Below are positions 14,806-26,467 of a stretch of 64,000 bases of DNA, piece after piece. This stretch comes from Epiperipatus broadwayi. Its lineage: Eukaryota > Animalia > Onychophora. Position numbers and translations under genes: made by a program. The notes below the pieces were generated by a model, which did no database searches, was not told the DNA's origin, and was given only the letters and a program-made list of their open reading frames with translations. The DNA is taken from the NCBI GenBank assembly GCA_028023455.1, contig JAQFVV010000011.1:5580001-5644000 (forward strand), written 5' to 3'. Position 1 is the stretch's first letter; every line of letters starts with the position of its first letter.

Positions 14806-14847
14806 TCCCCAGACTAGTTTCTGGCTTGTGGCCTTCATCAGTGAGGA
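14806..14847 (-). ncRNA. Minimal type I hammerhead ribozyme (copy 2)
   Basis: Minus strand UCCUCA-CUGAUGA-A-GGC CACAA GCC-A-GAAA-CUA-GUC-UGGGGA. Helix I is 6 bp (UCCUCA/UGGGGA), helix II is GGC/GCC, helix III is the palindrome ACUAGU, and the GUC cleavage site falls between 14812 and 14811. Confidence 0.75.
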
Positions 14848-16851
14848 GCCTTGGATCTGAGAGCCTGCCTAGATCTAGGATCTATGAACCCTCCAGCACC
14901 CACCTTTACTCTTTTACTACAAACTATGAGAATGAAATTTAAAACACTATTAATATTTTTAATCTAATAATATATTATATTATTTGGGTTTAATTCAATT
15001 TTTTACCTTTTATTTTTTTTTTTTTTTTTTTTTATCTCTCTTTTATTAGGGAATAATTTTTTAATAAAAATTAATATTTATTTTTAAAAAACAATAATTT
15101 TTAAACAACAAAAAAAAAAAACATATTTATTTTTAAAAAAAAAAAGGATAAAAGTAAAAAAAAATTAAAGAAAAAGAAAAAAAATTGGGGGAGTATGAGG
15201 GGTTATTATCATTCTTGTAAGATTTAACTCTTAGCAATTCTCATAGGAATGGCATAGCATAATTAAGACATGATTAGAAACCGTAAATAATAATCCGTAA
15301 TAAACGTTAAACTTAAATGATTTTAAGTGCATAAAAGATGAGAACTTGTATTGAACCATCTCATCGTTGTAAGAACACCTGCACATGTCAATCCCATTTC
15401 ACTTCTATTTTATGTTATTTAACTCTTATATTTTAATAATTAAATATCTTAAAACTTACAATAGTGTGTTATTTGTAACTCATTCCAAATCTTACCCAAA
15501 TGTTGTTAGTTATTAATATATGCATTATCTAGCCAGCCATATGTGTGTAGTTTTAGTTAATTTATTAATAATTTATCCATAGTTTCACGAGTCTCATGTT
15601 CCATCCTTTGCTACTGCCAGCACACAAATCAAAAGGGACCGAGTGTATTCTCTGATTGGTCATCTGTATGGTAGTAAATCAGGAACATTTGGTGAAGGAA
15701 CTGAGGTGTGATTTTATTCAAGGTCTCAACCCCTCAGCCAGATCAGCCTTGGGCTAATTTGCCAAAACTCTGGATTTTGTTGTGTGAATGTATAAATCTT
15801 ACCATGACAATATGTTATGTGAAAGATAAAATTAAATAATGTTTATTATATTTAAGGGATATAATGTTAAAACAGTAGTCTAATTATAGTATTAAATATA
15901 TATCTAATATGTTTTAAATAATTTTATTCATTTAGGTTATTATTTTAAATAATTAGTAACTAAATTATTCTACAATGTTCTAAAAGTGTCACATGTCTTT
16001 AAAAGTGTGTGTCTTTGAGTTTTCATGTTTTCAGGAAAAATATTAATTTTTAGTTTCTTGTTAGTAAAATGACACATTAAATATTACTAAATAATATTGT
16101 AAATTTTATCATAAAAGTAACAATTTTTCTTAGACTGACTAAATAATATTTTCTATTTTAAAATTAATATTTAGGTTATTAATAATATTTTAATTGTTTA
16201 AATAAAGATATTTAATATTATGAAATATTAAATAAATTTTATATATTAAAATAATGAGTCAGATTGTTTTAGAAATTATTTTGTAATCAGAAAAATTTAA
16301 TTTGTATGTAAATTAGTATTTGAAAAAAACTTAGAATGACCGCTGAAATCCCTGGATAGGTATAAATATAGGTGTTCAATCACTCTAGATAGTTCAGTTT
16401 TAGTTCTAATCTTGTCTTGTTTTGTTTGTCTAATGTGGTCGTGATTTTTAAAAGTTTTAACTTTTTATAAATTTTTTTTTTTTTTAGTAAAGTTAAAATA
16501 TAGTTTTAAATAATTATTATAATGGTATCTCATGTTTGAGTAAATGAATTAATTCCCTGTCAGTAAAATTTCACATTGAAACTTAATAAAAACCACAATA
16601 CTTTTGTGGAAACCAATAGTTGTTATTGAAATCTATAGCAAAAGCCATGAGAATTTTAACCATATAACCGAAGAAAACTTAAGAATTCATAAGAACATTA
16701 TGTTTAATATTTTTAGTATGTGTGAAGTGAAAGAACATTTATATTTAAAATTTTGATAAACACTCACAAATATAAATTGTCGAGGAATTTATATCTTACA
16801 AGTATGCTGAGGATATTTGTTGAAAGCTATTTAATAATGTATATTTGCCTT

Positions 16852-17055
16852 AAAAGGAAGAAAAGGAAGAGCAAGTGATTTTATGCAACTGAATTAGATA
16901 CATATGAAGAAATTTTATAAATGTGAATAGATGTTATATTATGTTAATAAGTTATATGTGCTATAAAACGAGGAAAAAGAAGAACAAGTGATATTATGCA
17001 ACTGAATTAGATATGTATGAAAGAATTTTATAAATGCGAATAGATATTATATTAT
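16852..17055. repeat. Imperfect tandem duplication, ~113-bp period
   Basis: caagtgat(t/a)ttatgcaactgaattagata...ttttataaatg(t/c)gaatagat(g/a)ttatattat occurs twice. Confidence 0.85.
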
Positions 17056-18319
17056 TTGCAATGTATATATAAAAATATTTTACTATTCATTTGTTTAAAA
17101 GAGAATGGCCTGAATGAAAGTTATATCCAGATTAAGAGAAAATATTTTTTGAACTATACATTTTAAAAGATTTTCCTTATTAAAAGTAAAATGAATTTTG
17201 ATATTATTTTAAGATTATTGTTATATCTTTTATGAAAACATTACCTGGATGAAGAGTCTGTACAAAAATGCAATAAATTATTTCTTTAATATATGCGTTT
17301 GTAAAGATGATAATCTTGAATTTTTAAGAAACATCCTGTGATAAATTATATCATTTTAAATATGAGTGTATATGTTTTGTAAAAAAAAAAGAAAGAATGA
17401 AAGTTCATATTCTTCAAAATGTTTTATAAATGCTTTTTGATGAAGGAATACTAATGTCACTATATTTTGGCATAGTCTGGACTAGCCTGATAAAAAAAAT
17501 ATATGTATGTGAAAAGTTATTACTTAATATGAAAATTATATTAAGAAATGTTTTTTATCTGAAATACCTTTTCACCTGAAAATGCTAAAAAAACGGACTT
17601 AGAGCAAATATTCATCCAGTATGGATGAATGATATTTCATAGAGATTTTTAATGATTGAACTTTGTGCCTTATGGAGTTTTATATAGCGGGGCAGGGAGA
17701 GAAAAGTTTTGTTCAAACTTTTCGTAGTACATAGCAACAGAGAAAGCTGGGAACTGGAGGGATGAAAGCCAACAAGAACTTTAGTAGCTTTGAATTTTAT
17801 TACTTTTCTGTCTTCAGTACTAATATTTATTGTTATTGATAATATTCAGTTAATATTTTTATTTTTATTAATAATATTCAATTAATGTCTTTATTATTAG
17901 AAATATGCTTAGTTTTAATATTGAAATAATTTGTTTTAAAAAATAAAGAAAAATGATGGGATTAGAAAATTTAATTTTCTGAAAAAAATAAAAAGTATTT
18001 AATTTTAATAATTGTTGAAATTAAAGGTAAATTATTATATATTCTATTAATATTTTAATTTATATTTTGCTTTATTTGTCATATTGCTTGAGTATTAAAA
18101 CAGATTATTCATATTTTTATGATTATGAATATATCAATTGTTTTATGAATGTAATGCAAAAGTAGAAAATACCTTGTGGCTTTTCTAAAGGTATTTAAAT
18201 AATTTTTTTATGTATGTTTAAGTATGCATATTTTTGAAATAGGATTATGATTTTCTAATATATTATAGATTGTATCTGTTTAGATACACTATAGTGTAAT
18301 GGTTTTAGGTACACTATAG

Positions 18320-20057
18320 TGTAACGGTCAGATTTGTACACTTATGCAACAAAATCCAGAGTCCAGGCAAAATACACCAAAGCTGACTGGAGTGAGGTGG
18401 TTGAGACTTCTGATCCGACAACTTCCACTTATTTGTTAGTACTTCGCGATTTAACACCCTATGAGTGATATTTCTGAAGTTACACTCAGTCTCAATTTAA
18501 CCGTGAGCTGGCATAGACTCAAGGAATAAATACTGACTTAACTAAATGGGTGGAATAGAGCACTTAACACACTATTTATCTTAACTACAGAACATATACC
18601 CATCATATAAAATCATTAAGAAATTGGGATAGTAGAATGTGGATTGAATAAGATAATGTGGATTGGTGTGAAATAGACCCATGAGTAAGGAAGATATGAA
18701 GCAATTTATATTTCAAAAATGTTTATTAAACAATAACAAATAATATAAAATAAAGTAACACAATGGCAAGGATTATATAACATTAAGTATGTGTATTTAA
18801 TAAATGTAGGCATTTTCATAGTGAATGAAACTATTATCAGTACAGCTGTCTCATATTAATATATTTCAATATATGTATATGCGGTTCATAAGTCATGCCT
18901 ATTTATATAACATACCCATCCTATTGTTCTTGGTTTGCTAAAGCTATAAGTTGATAGTCTAGCAGAGATGATGAATACATGTTGCTCTAAGGTGGCTGTT
19001 ATATATATTAATAGTGTGAGCAAATAAATAAGCTTAATATCATGCAGATTCAACCTGATAATCAAGATTTATACTTCAGTCTAAAGCTGAATAATTAATT
19101 AATAAGAAGGAAAAGAACTGGTTACCTTTAGATTCACATATATATGTTATGGTGCTTTATAAAATACTTAAAAAAATAAGTTTGCAGTGTGAGTGAGTAC
19201 TTATTCAGGAGCTTTAGCATTGAATACTCGGTTACCCTGATACCAGATGGTTTGCTGCCATTTATATAAGAACATATAAGTTCAGGAATTCAGATAGGCT
19301 TTATAAAAATGGTCTGGACCCTCATGTTCCAGTTCTAATAAAAATAGCCATACCCAAACTAAAGAATGGAGTGGTATGTTACCGTGAACCCATTTGAAAG
19401 GTGCAGCAAAACATAAACACATGGACGTGTACTGTATAAAGACACCCTCACAATGCACACACACAAAAAAAACTATACATATGCATATAATTAATTAGAT
19501 GCGCCTAAAACAGATAGCTTCTATCTGTCAAACTAACTCAACCCAGTTCTTAAACTAGCATTATAATTATGCTAATAAAAATGACTTAAATTATATTATA
19601 ATCTAGCTAAAATCCTGAATCTTCATATATATATATATGTATAGTCTCAATTAAGGAGGGAATGTATATTTGATAAACCTTAGCAAATATACATTAATAT
19701 CATCTCTCGCCCGTATATCCCTTCTAACTAATAGATATCAAAAGTTATAATATATAAAAAACTGACTAAGCAAACCTTGCAAAATATAATGCAATTTATA
19801 ATATATATAATATCATGACAATAATGACCACGTAGCGATCGTTTATTATCTATTAATATTATTATTTCAAAACAGTGATTTAATACACCAAGCAGCATTC
19901 TTAAAATGTTTAAAGTGGAGATTTTAATTATCTCCATTGTAAGTTAGCTAATAGTTATTCGCTGTTTCGAAAGATTGGCATATTATAACATATATATTAA
20001 ATTTAAACAGAATAAGTGTAAACAAATACTTAAACAATAAAGTTAGGCATGACCGCA
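18320..20057 (-). mobile_element. ~1.74-kb LTR-like element copy 2 (inverted relative to copy 1)
   Basis: Minus strand starts TGCGGTCATGCCTA (20057) and ends CTGACCGTTACA (18320). Collinear with 13034-15809. No TSD found. Confidence 0.55.
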
Positions 20058-20912
20058 GTTTTTAGAAATTTAAGATAATTGATTGCAGATATTTACAGAT
20101 TACAAAAAGTAAAGTCTTTTAATTTATAAAAGAATTCAGGCAATTTTATAAGGTTAAACTATAAATACTTTTATGGTTACTTTAAAAAATAAATTACAGC
20201 TTTTAAGAAAGTAGATTGACAAGAAATGATTTTACAATATATATAAATTTAGGCAAGTTTAACACAATTTCTTTTACAAATGATTTAATTAAAGAATTTC
20301 GAGAAATTATATAGAATGTTCTTTATAGTAAATAAGCTAGCTTGGATTATAAGTTTATAGATTAATTTATAGAGCTGCAGTCTTTAAAAGAACATTACCA
20401 ATTTTCTTGGTAGTGGCTTGAATGCAGGTACATCAAACAGTGATGTGTGTAGTGGCATTTTTTTTCAGGACAGATTTATGGTCTATTCTCATGGCAGGCT
20501 GCTGGTAGGTCTCTTCTCCCAATGATAATGCTTGTGCCCTTAGGCATGCAGGGAGGAATGGAGATTGCCATCTTGGGATAGCAGAGAGAACAAATCTCTT
20601 CACCTAGCCCGCCATGTGATGTGGGTCTTGACTTCACAAAATTTACAGAAAGAGCTCCTGTAGTAAGAAATCTGCCTTAGTTATACCTTTTTCAGATTAA
20701 AACCAGCTAGCCATATATTTAACTTAGAATTCTCCCCCTTCACAATTTTATAGCTCATATGTTTAATTCCCTTGTCAATTTTTACTAGAGTGTGTTTCTT
20801 CAATTTTGATCTTTTTAATTGCTTAAATTTTTAATGGTTTTTGTCTGGAAAAGTGATTCATTAGTTGTAATGAGTTTTGGATAAATGATATTGATTTAGA
20901 CACCATTTGGAT

Positions 20913-22061
20913 CAGTGGTCTTCAACCTTTTCAACCCTGCGGCCCCGTAAAAATAAGGATAAGATTTCGTGGACCGGCAGAAGTTTACAGATAAATTTTC
21001 TTAAAGATGTAACCTGCTTAGCCTTAGATAAGCATAATTGTTATAACTGACCAAAACAGCACTCTAGTTAATGTGTATAGTAATGATGTTGCTTACCTTC
21101 ACATGTTGAACACTCTTTCTCGAGTTGCACAGTCATATTGCTACAGAAAACATACAATAACAATCATTCTCATTAATGTGCTTGCATTTTACGTTTATTA
21201 TTTCATTGTTAAAACATGCAAGAATAAAATGTTATTCACCTGAATGTTGAAAAAGTCAAAAGTTTTGATCTTATTTTTTTTTGGGGGGGGGGGAGGGTTG
21301 AAAAATACTTTGTCATCAACTGAGACAAAAGATAGACACCAAAGTTATTTTTTGTTTGTTTTTATTTTTAAAAAAAGGTAATAGAAATTGATTTTAAAAA
21401 TAAAAGTTTTAGTATTTTAGTGGTATACAAATAAAGCCAAAAAAAATATTGCCTTATAGGCCAAAAAAAGTGGGCGTATTTTTAAACAAAAAAAAAAAGA
21501 AAATGAAGCTTGAAAAAGTGAAAAGTTTTGATCTTACTTTATTTTGAGGTGGTGGGGGTATATTGAAAAATATTTTGTAAATGTTAGAGACAGAACTTAT
21601 TTTTTGGTTTTTATTTTTAAAAAAAAGGTAATAAAAATTGATTTTCAAAATAAAAGTTAAAGCCAAAAAAAACACTAAAAATGAAATATTAAAAGAGAGA
21701 GTAGAAAAAATTTAAGAGATCAAAAAAAGTCACGTTACATTTTATTGTTTTAACAATGCTGACAAGCAGACGTGATTGGCTATCAAAAGACAACCAGAGT
21801 TTGTATAATAAAAAACTTACCTCCCCCCCCCCATAAACATCTGTGATAAATAGAAAAACAAATTAATTTGTCTTTTTTTTTAATCGGGAAAAAATGCGAT
21901 GAAAAATAAATAAAAATTATTAATTAAAAGTTTAAAATCGTATTATTTTGTTATTATAAACTTTTTTGCCAGTCTAGCTGTGGACCAGCAGAAAACTTCT
22001 GCAGCCTGGTGCCAGTCCGCAGCCCGGTGTCGGTCCACGGTCCGGTGGTTGAAGACCACTG
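20913..22061. mobile_element. Non-autonomous hAT (Charlie-like) DNA transposon
   Basis: Perfect 15-bp TIRs CAGTGGTCTTCAACC (20913-20927, 22047-22061). 8-bp TSD ATTTGGAT/ATTTAGAT (7/8 match). Internal imperfect ~165-bp duplication (~21250-21415 vs ~21512-21660). No transposase ORF. Confidence 0.88.
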
Positions 22062-22823
22062 ATTTAGATAATCTTGTCAATTGAAGGTTTAGTTTCTGGT
22101 TTTGTTTTCGATTTATTTGAGAATTGCTCTAGCCTTTAATGACAGAAGACCATCTGTAGAATGGCCAGTCTGTAAAATCTCACATGTTCTTCACAATGTA
22201 CATTCCTTTGAAATAAAACTTAAATATTATTTAATGAACATTTAAAATGTACATTCTTTTAAAATAAAACAAAATTTATAACAAATATTATTTAGTAAAA
22301 GAAATATAAATGCTGTAATATATATACATACATTGATATCACAGTCATTTATCCATGCATGTATGTGTGATCCTATATAACTGTGTTGATGCTTATATAA
22401 TTGTTGATGCATATACACCTGTACTAGAGGGTGTTTAAACCTGGCATAGATGGGCCTATGGGGAAAAATAGGTGAAACCGTTATGAGGGAAGGAATATAC
22501 TGTTTAATATTGAATGAATGTGGGATAACAAGGATATTTTATTGAAATCATTTGTGTATAGAATGTTTTGAACCTTCTTGAATTTTATTAGATATTTATT
22601 TTGGAAATGTAGTTTGAATTTTTTGTGATGTTAGGAGATGTATTCAGTATGTAGAAGATGAAGGATAATGGTTTGGGAAATTAGTTGTAAAGCAAAATTT
22701 TAGATGAGAGGGGTATTAAAGAGGAATATTATCTTTGAATTATATTGTTTTCAATTAAGGATTTAAATACAGGTAACAAAGGGCTGCATATTTAGTACAT
22801 GGGTAGTTGCATTTTTTTCATAG

Positions 22824-22864
22824 GTTGGTAAGAGCTCAGGTAGAAGCCATCGCCAGAGTTTAAG
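22824..22864 (+). CDS. Putative internal exon (VGKSSGRSHRQSL-R, phase 0/2)
   Basis: Acceptor catttttttcatAG, 41-nt exon open only in this frame, donor AG|GTACGT. CpGs are retained, unlike the surrounding intron. Confidence 0.55.
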
Positions 22865-23160
22865 GTACGTGATAAATATGTGACCTTAAGTACTGTAACC
22901 ATGATGTTTCATATTCATTTGAGTTATTATTGTATTCGTATCCCTCACTATAATCACTATTAATCACCATCAGATATTGCATCATAAATGATAGTTTAAA
23001 AGTTGGTTAGAATAATAACTAGACTGTTGAAAGTTGTCAATATTTGTGAATGCCAAGAGAAGAGAAAAATTTTATCACAAATGATGTTTAATTATTTACT
23101 GTTTATAGAGAAAGTGGAAAAGAAGTGATTGGATATTCCTAGTTTTATGTGAATAACAGA

Positions 23161-26139
23161 TCATTCATCATCATCATCATTATCAACCATTATCAATCCA
23201 CTGCAGGATGAAGGTCTCTCCAGTTTAATCCATCTTCTCCGATCTTCAGCTTCTCTTCTCCACATCACCCCTACACACTTTCTTATTTCATCCATCCATC
23301 TCACATGTGGTCTCTTTCTGGGTCTTTTACAATCTCTTGGAATCCAGTTTAAAATTTCAATTGTCCATCTATTATCATCTCTTCTAGCAATATGTCCAGC
23401 CCAACTCCACTTCAATCTTTTAATTTTTTCAATGAGGTCAGTAACACCCGTTTGTTCTCTTACCCATACATTGCGTTTTCGATCTCTTCTTGTTACTCCC
23501 AACATACATCTCTCCATACTTCTTTGAGTGGTCTGAAGTCTCTGTATTGCTCTTCTATTAAGTGTCCAAGTCTCAGATCCATAAGTAAGAACTGGTAAAA
23601 CACATTTGTTAAAAACCTTCCTTTTCAAACACATAGGCATATTTCCTTTTAGTATCAAGTTATTTCTACCAAAAGCACTCCAACCAAGTTTAATTCTATG
23701 ATTAATTTCTTCCATTATGTTTCCATCTGTATTAATAATCTGACCAAGGTATTTGTAACTGTTAACTTCTTCTAATTCATCATAATCAATCTTTATTTTC
23801 ATATTTTGAGCAAATCGATTAAACATTACTTTAGTCTTTTTAACATTTATCTTTAGTCCTACTTTCCTACTTTCATCTGATAATTCCTGCAACATATCCT
23901 GCAGCTCTGAAGCATTATTTGCAAAAACAACTACATCATCTGCGAAATCTAAATGACTTAAATAATCTCCATTTACTTTCACTCCTTTAGTTTCCCATTT
24001 TAATCCACAAAATACTTCTTGCAGCACTGCTGTAAAAAGTTTTGGAGATATGGAGTCACCTTGTCTTACACCTTTCTCAATGTTGACTTTCCCAGTATCA
24101 TTATGTAATCTAATTGTTGCTGTTGCATTTTTATAAATATTCTTCAAAATATGACAATATCCTGGATCTATACCTTGATGATCCAATGCTTTAATCACTG
24201 AAGAAATGTTTATAGAATCAAATGCCTTTTCATAATCTACAAATCCAAAACATAATGACAACTCATATTCATTTGACCTTTCTATAACTTCTCTCAACAC
24301 CTGGATATGATCTACTGTACTAAAACCACTTTTAAATCCAGCTTGGTCTCTTGGTTGGTGGAAATCCAATGTTCTCTGTAGACGAGTTGTAATTATCTTG
24401 GTAAAAATTTTATATAAAACTGATAAAAGGCTGATAGGTCTGTAATTTCTAATATCTTCTTTATCACCTTTTTTAAATATTAATATTATTACTGCATTCT
24501 TCCAATCATCCGGTACATCTTTATCATTTAGACATTTGGTATATAACTTTGCTAAAAATTTTTCTATTTCTTCACCTGCTTCTTTTAATATATCAATTAT
24601 AATTCCATCATTACCTGGAGCCTTTCCCTTCTTCATACATTTAATTGCGTGTCTCACTTCTTCATTTAAAATTCTGGGCAATTCGGAAGATGTAATAGAT
24701 ATAGGAGGTACTTGTTCTTTATTACTATATAATTCTTGATAAAAATCTTCTACCAATTTCATGATGTCATCTCTCTTTTTAGTAACAATTCCATCTTTTT
24801 TTCTTATTGCAGATATAAATTTCCTACCAATACCAAAATGTTGTTTTACATTCTTAAGACTTTTATTTTCTTCTACAGCTTTCCTTGCTAGTTCACAATT
24901 ATACTTTCTTATATCATTTTCAACTCTTTTCCACACCATTTTACAAAATTCAAGATATTCAATTCTTTTTAATGCATCATTTTTGTATATCTTCATATTC
25001 CTTCTTTTCTTCATAAATTCTCTAGTCTCAGTAGAAATTTTATTGGTCAATTGCTGCTTTTTTCTACCAGCTATCTTTGTTGCAGTTTTTAAAAGTGTAT
25101 CAGTTATTTTCATATTAATTTCATTCAAATCTGAATCATGCTCAAAATCTACTAATACTTGAAACCGATTTCTAAGTTCTAATTTAAATTCATTAGAATG
25201 TTTCTGAAGATTAGGAATATCAACTGTAAATATTGTTTTTCTTAATAATTTTTGTCTCTCTAGTTTCACATTAACACGTATCTTACACCTTACTAATCGA
25301 TGATCACTTCCTGTGTTAAATTTATTAAGAACATTACAATCTTGAAATATGTATTTCCTATTAGTCAAAATATAATCCAATTCTGCTGTACCTTCATTTG
25401 GATGCTTCCATGTCCATTTCCTTTTAACATTTTTCTCAAAAAAAGAATTCATAATATAAAGTTTTTCTTTTTCTGCAAACTCCACAAGTCTATGTCCTCT
25501 CTCATTTCTATTACCATAACCAAAATTACCTACAGCACTTTCATCTTTCATTTGTTTACCAATTCTAGCATTAAAGTCTCCCATAACAATTTTAAAATGT
25601 TGTTTACTCTGATCAAAAGCCTTTTGTACATCCATATAAAAATCTTCTACTACTTCATCACTATGAGAACTTGTTGGGGCATAAACCTGAATTATCTGCA
25701 TTTGATATCTGCTATTAAGTTGTATAACTAATCTTGCCACTCTGTCTGATACACCATCAATCTCCACAATATTGTTCTTCCACTTTTTATTTATAATGAA
25801 TCCTACTCCACTTGTATTTCCAATATTTGTGCCTTTATAATAGAGTATATGTCCACTTTTTAAATCAATTGTCTCTTCACCTTTTCTTCTAACTTCACAA
25901 AGTCCAATAATGTCCCATTTAATATAAGAGAGTTCTTCTTCTAATTCTTGCAATCTTCCTTCACTTGAAAGTGATCTGCAGTTGTAAGTACCTAAATAAA
26001 AAGTCGTCATCAAATGGCAGCCTGGGTCCGCAATCAGGGGATTCTTAGCACCCTCTGCCTTTGGCCACCAACCGCTGCCTTGGTTGGTGACTTTACAGCC
26101 TCCTGGGAATAAGGGCCATGCTTTATTTTTGTCTGTCAT
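23161..26139 (-). CDS. RTE ORF, 992 aa: apurinic/apyrimidinic endonuclease + reverse transcriptase
   Basis: APE motifs GTYNCRSL, IIGLCEV, QVYAPTS, MGDFNARIG, LDYIL, SDHRLV. RT motifs KAPGNDG, YRPISLL, QAGF, VDYEKAFDS, GVRQGDSISP, FADD, YKYLG. RTE-type C-terminus LKWSWAGHIARRDDNRW. Confidence 0.95.
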   Translation of the reverse strand: MTDKNKAWPLFPGGCKVTNQGSGWWPKAEGAKNPLIADPGCHLMTTFYLGTYNCRSLSSEGRLQELEEELSYIKWDIIGLCEVRRKGEETIDLKSGHILYYKGTNIGNTSGVGFIINKKWKNNIVEIDGVSDRVARLVIQLNSRYQMQIIQVYAPTSSHSDEVVEDFYMDVQKAFDQSKQHFKIVMGDFNARIGKQMKDESAVGNFGYGNRNERGHRLVEFAEKEKLYIMNSFFEKNVKRKWTWKHPNEGTAELDYILTNRKYIFQDCNVLNKFNTGSDHRLVRCKIRVNVKLERQKLLRKTIFTVDIPNLQKHSNEFKLELRNRFQVLVDFEHDSDLNEINMKITDTLLKTATKIAGRKKQQLTNKISTETREFMKKRRNMKIYKNDALKRIEYLEFCKMVWKRVENDIRKYNCELARKAVEENKSLKNVKQHFGIGRKFISAIRKKDGIVTKKRDDIMKLVEDFYQELYSNKEQVPPISITSSELPRILNEEVRHAIKCMKKGKAPGNDGIIIDILKEAGEEIEKFLAKLYTKCLNDKDVPDDWKNAVIILIFKKGDKEDIRNYRPISLLSVLYKIFTKIITTRLQRTLDFHQPRDQAGFKSGFSTVDHIQVLREVIERSNEYELSLCFGFVDYEKAFDSINISSVIKALDHQGIDPGYCHILKNIYKNATATIRLHNDTGKVNIEKGVRQGDSISPKLFTAVLQEVFCGLKWETKGVKVNGDYLSHLDFADDVVVFANNASELQDMLQELSDESRKVGLKINVKKTKVMFNRFAQNMKIKIDYDELEEVNSYKYLGQIINTDGNIMEEINHRIKLGWSAFGRNNLILKGNMPMCLKRKVFNKCVLPVLTYGSETWTLNRRAIQRLQTTQRSMERCMLGVTRRDRKRNVWVREQTGVTDLIEKIKRLKWSWAGHIARRDDNRWTIEILNWIPRDCKRPRKRPHVRWMDEIRKCVGVMWRREAEDRRRWIKLERPSSCSGLIMVDNDDDDE

Positions 26140-26467
26140 AATTGTATATATGTATTGGAAAAATATTTATCATTTACACAAACATTCATTCTGCCTTATC
26201 AGGCACTGAGAAGAAAGACCATGGTGTTTCTTGATCTTAAACTCAGAGGTAAAAAGCCAATAAACTCACCACGCTGGCTAATGCATGTTGGTGAGCAGCC
26301 CATCCATGTTCGTATACTATATGAATAATCACACAGTAATAACAGCTGCAACGACAAGAACGTATGGAGTGGACATTAGGAATTTGCCCTGCTCGGTTCC
26401 TTTAAGGCCTCCAAGAGGAATCAAAGGGTCTCCTTTCAGTTAATAGCAAACTCCTTTCTGCAGCCAG
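23166..26467 (-). mobile_element. Full-length RTE-clade non-LTR retrotransposon
   Basis: Single APE-RT ORF, ~330-nt 5' UTR, (GAT/GATAAT)n 3' tail, and 8-bp TSD AGATCATT (23158-23165, 26468-26475). The 5' boundary is independently supported by the homologous fragment starting at 58544. Confidence 0.93.
26303..26465 (-). ncRNA. HDV-like (CPEB3-type) self-cleaving ribozyme at the RTE 5' end
   Basis: P1 GGCUGCA (26465-26459)/UGCAGCU (26350-26344) with G1-U wobble. P2 UCCAU/AUGGA. P3 ACG/CGU. L3 UUCUUGU. GU after P1. ~12-bp P4 with loop UUAU. J4/2 CGAA(C) with catalytic-position C at 26312. A ~90-nt J1/2 insertion is closed by GGAGUUUGC/GCAAAUUCC. Confidence 0.8.

Larger units (their letters stand above)
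14169..14964 (-). mobile_element. Partial tandem of a 459-bp unit (two ~340-bp direct repeats, 14169-14509 and 14628-14964); pLTR/retrozyme-like
   Basis: The direct repeats are visible. Each carries an HHR motif on the minus strand, and the 118-bp spacer carries tRNA-like A/B boxes. Confidence 0.8.
13034..15809 (+). mobile_element. ~1.75-kb LTR-like element copy 1, interrupted by the HHR tandem insertion
   Basis: Begins TGTGGTCATGCCTA and ends TTACCATGACA. Collinear homology patches (ccactccatt, tagaactggaacatgag, aaccgagtatt, ccagttc, aacacactatt, caacaaaatccagag) with the reverse complement of 18320-20057. No TSD found. Confidence 0.55.

Noticed and set aside
14195-14942. ORFs in the HHR repeats
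   Set aside because: The frame is not conserved between the two copies and there is no motif. The element is best explained as non-coding.
23392-25731. Four plus-strand ORFs (67-143 aa)
   Set aside because: Antisense shadows of the RTE ORF.
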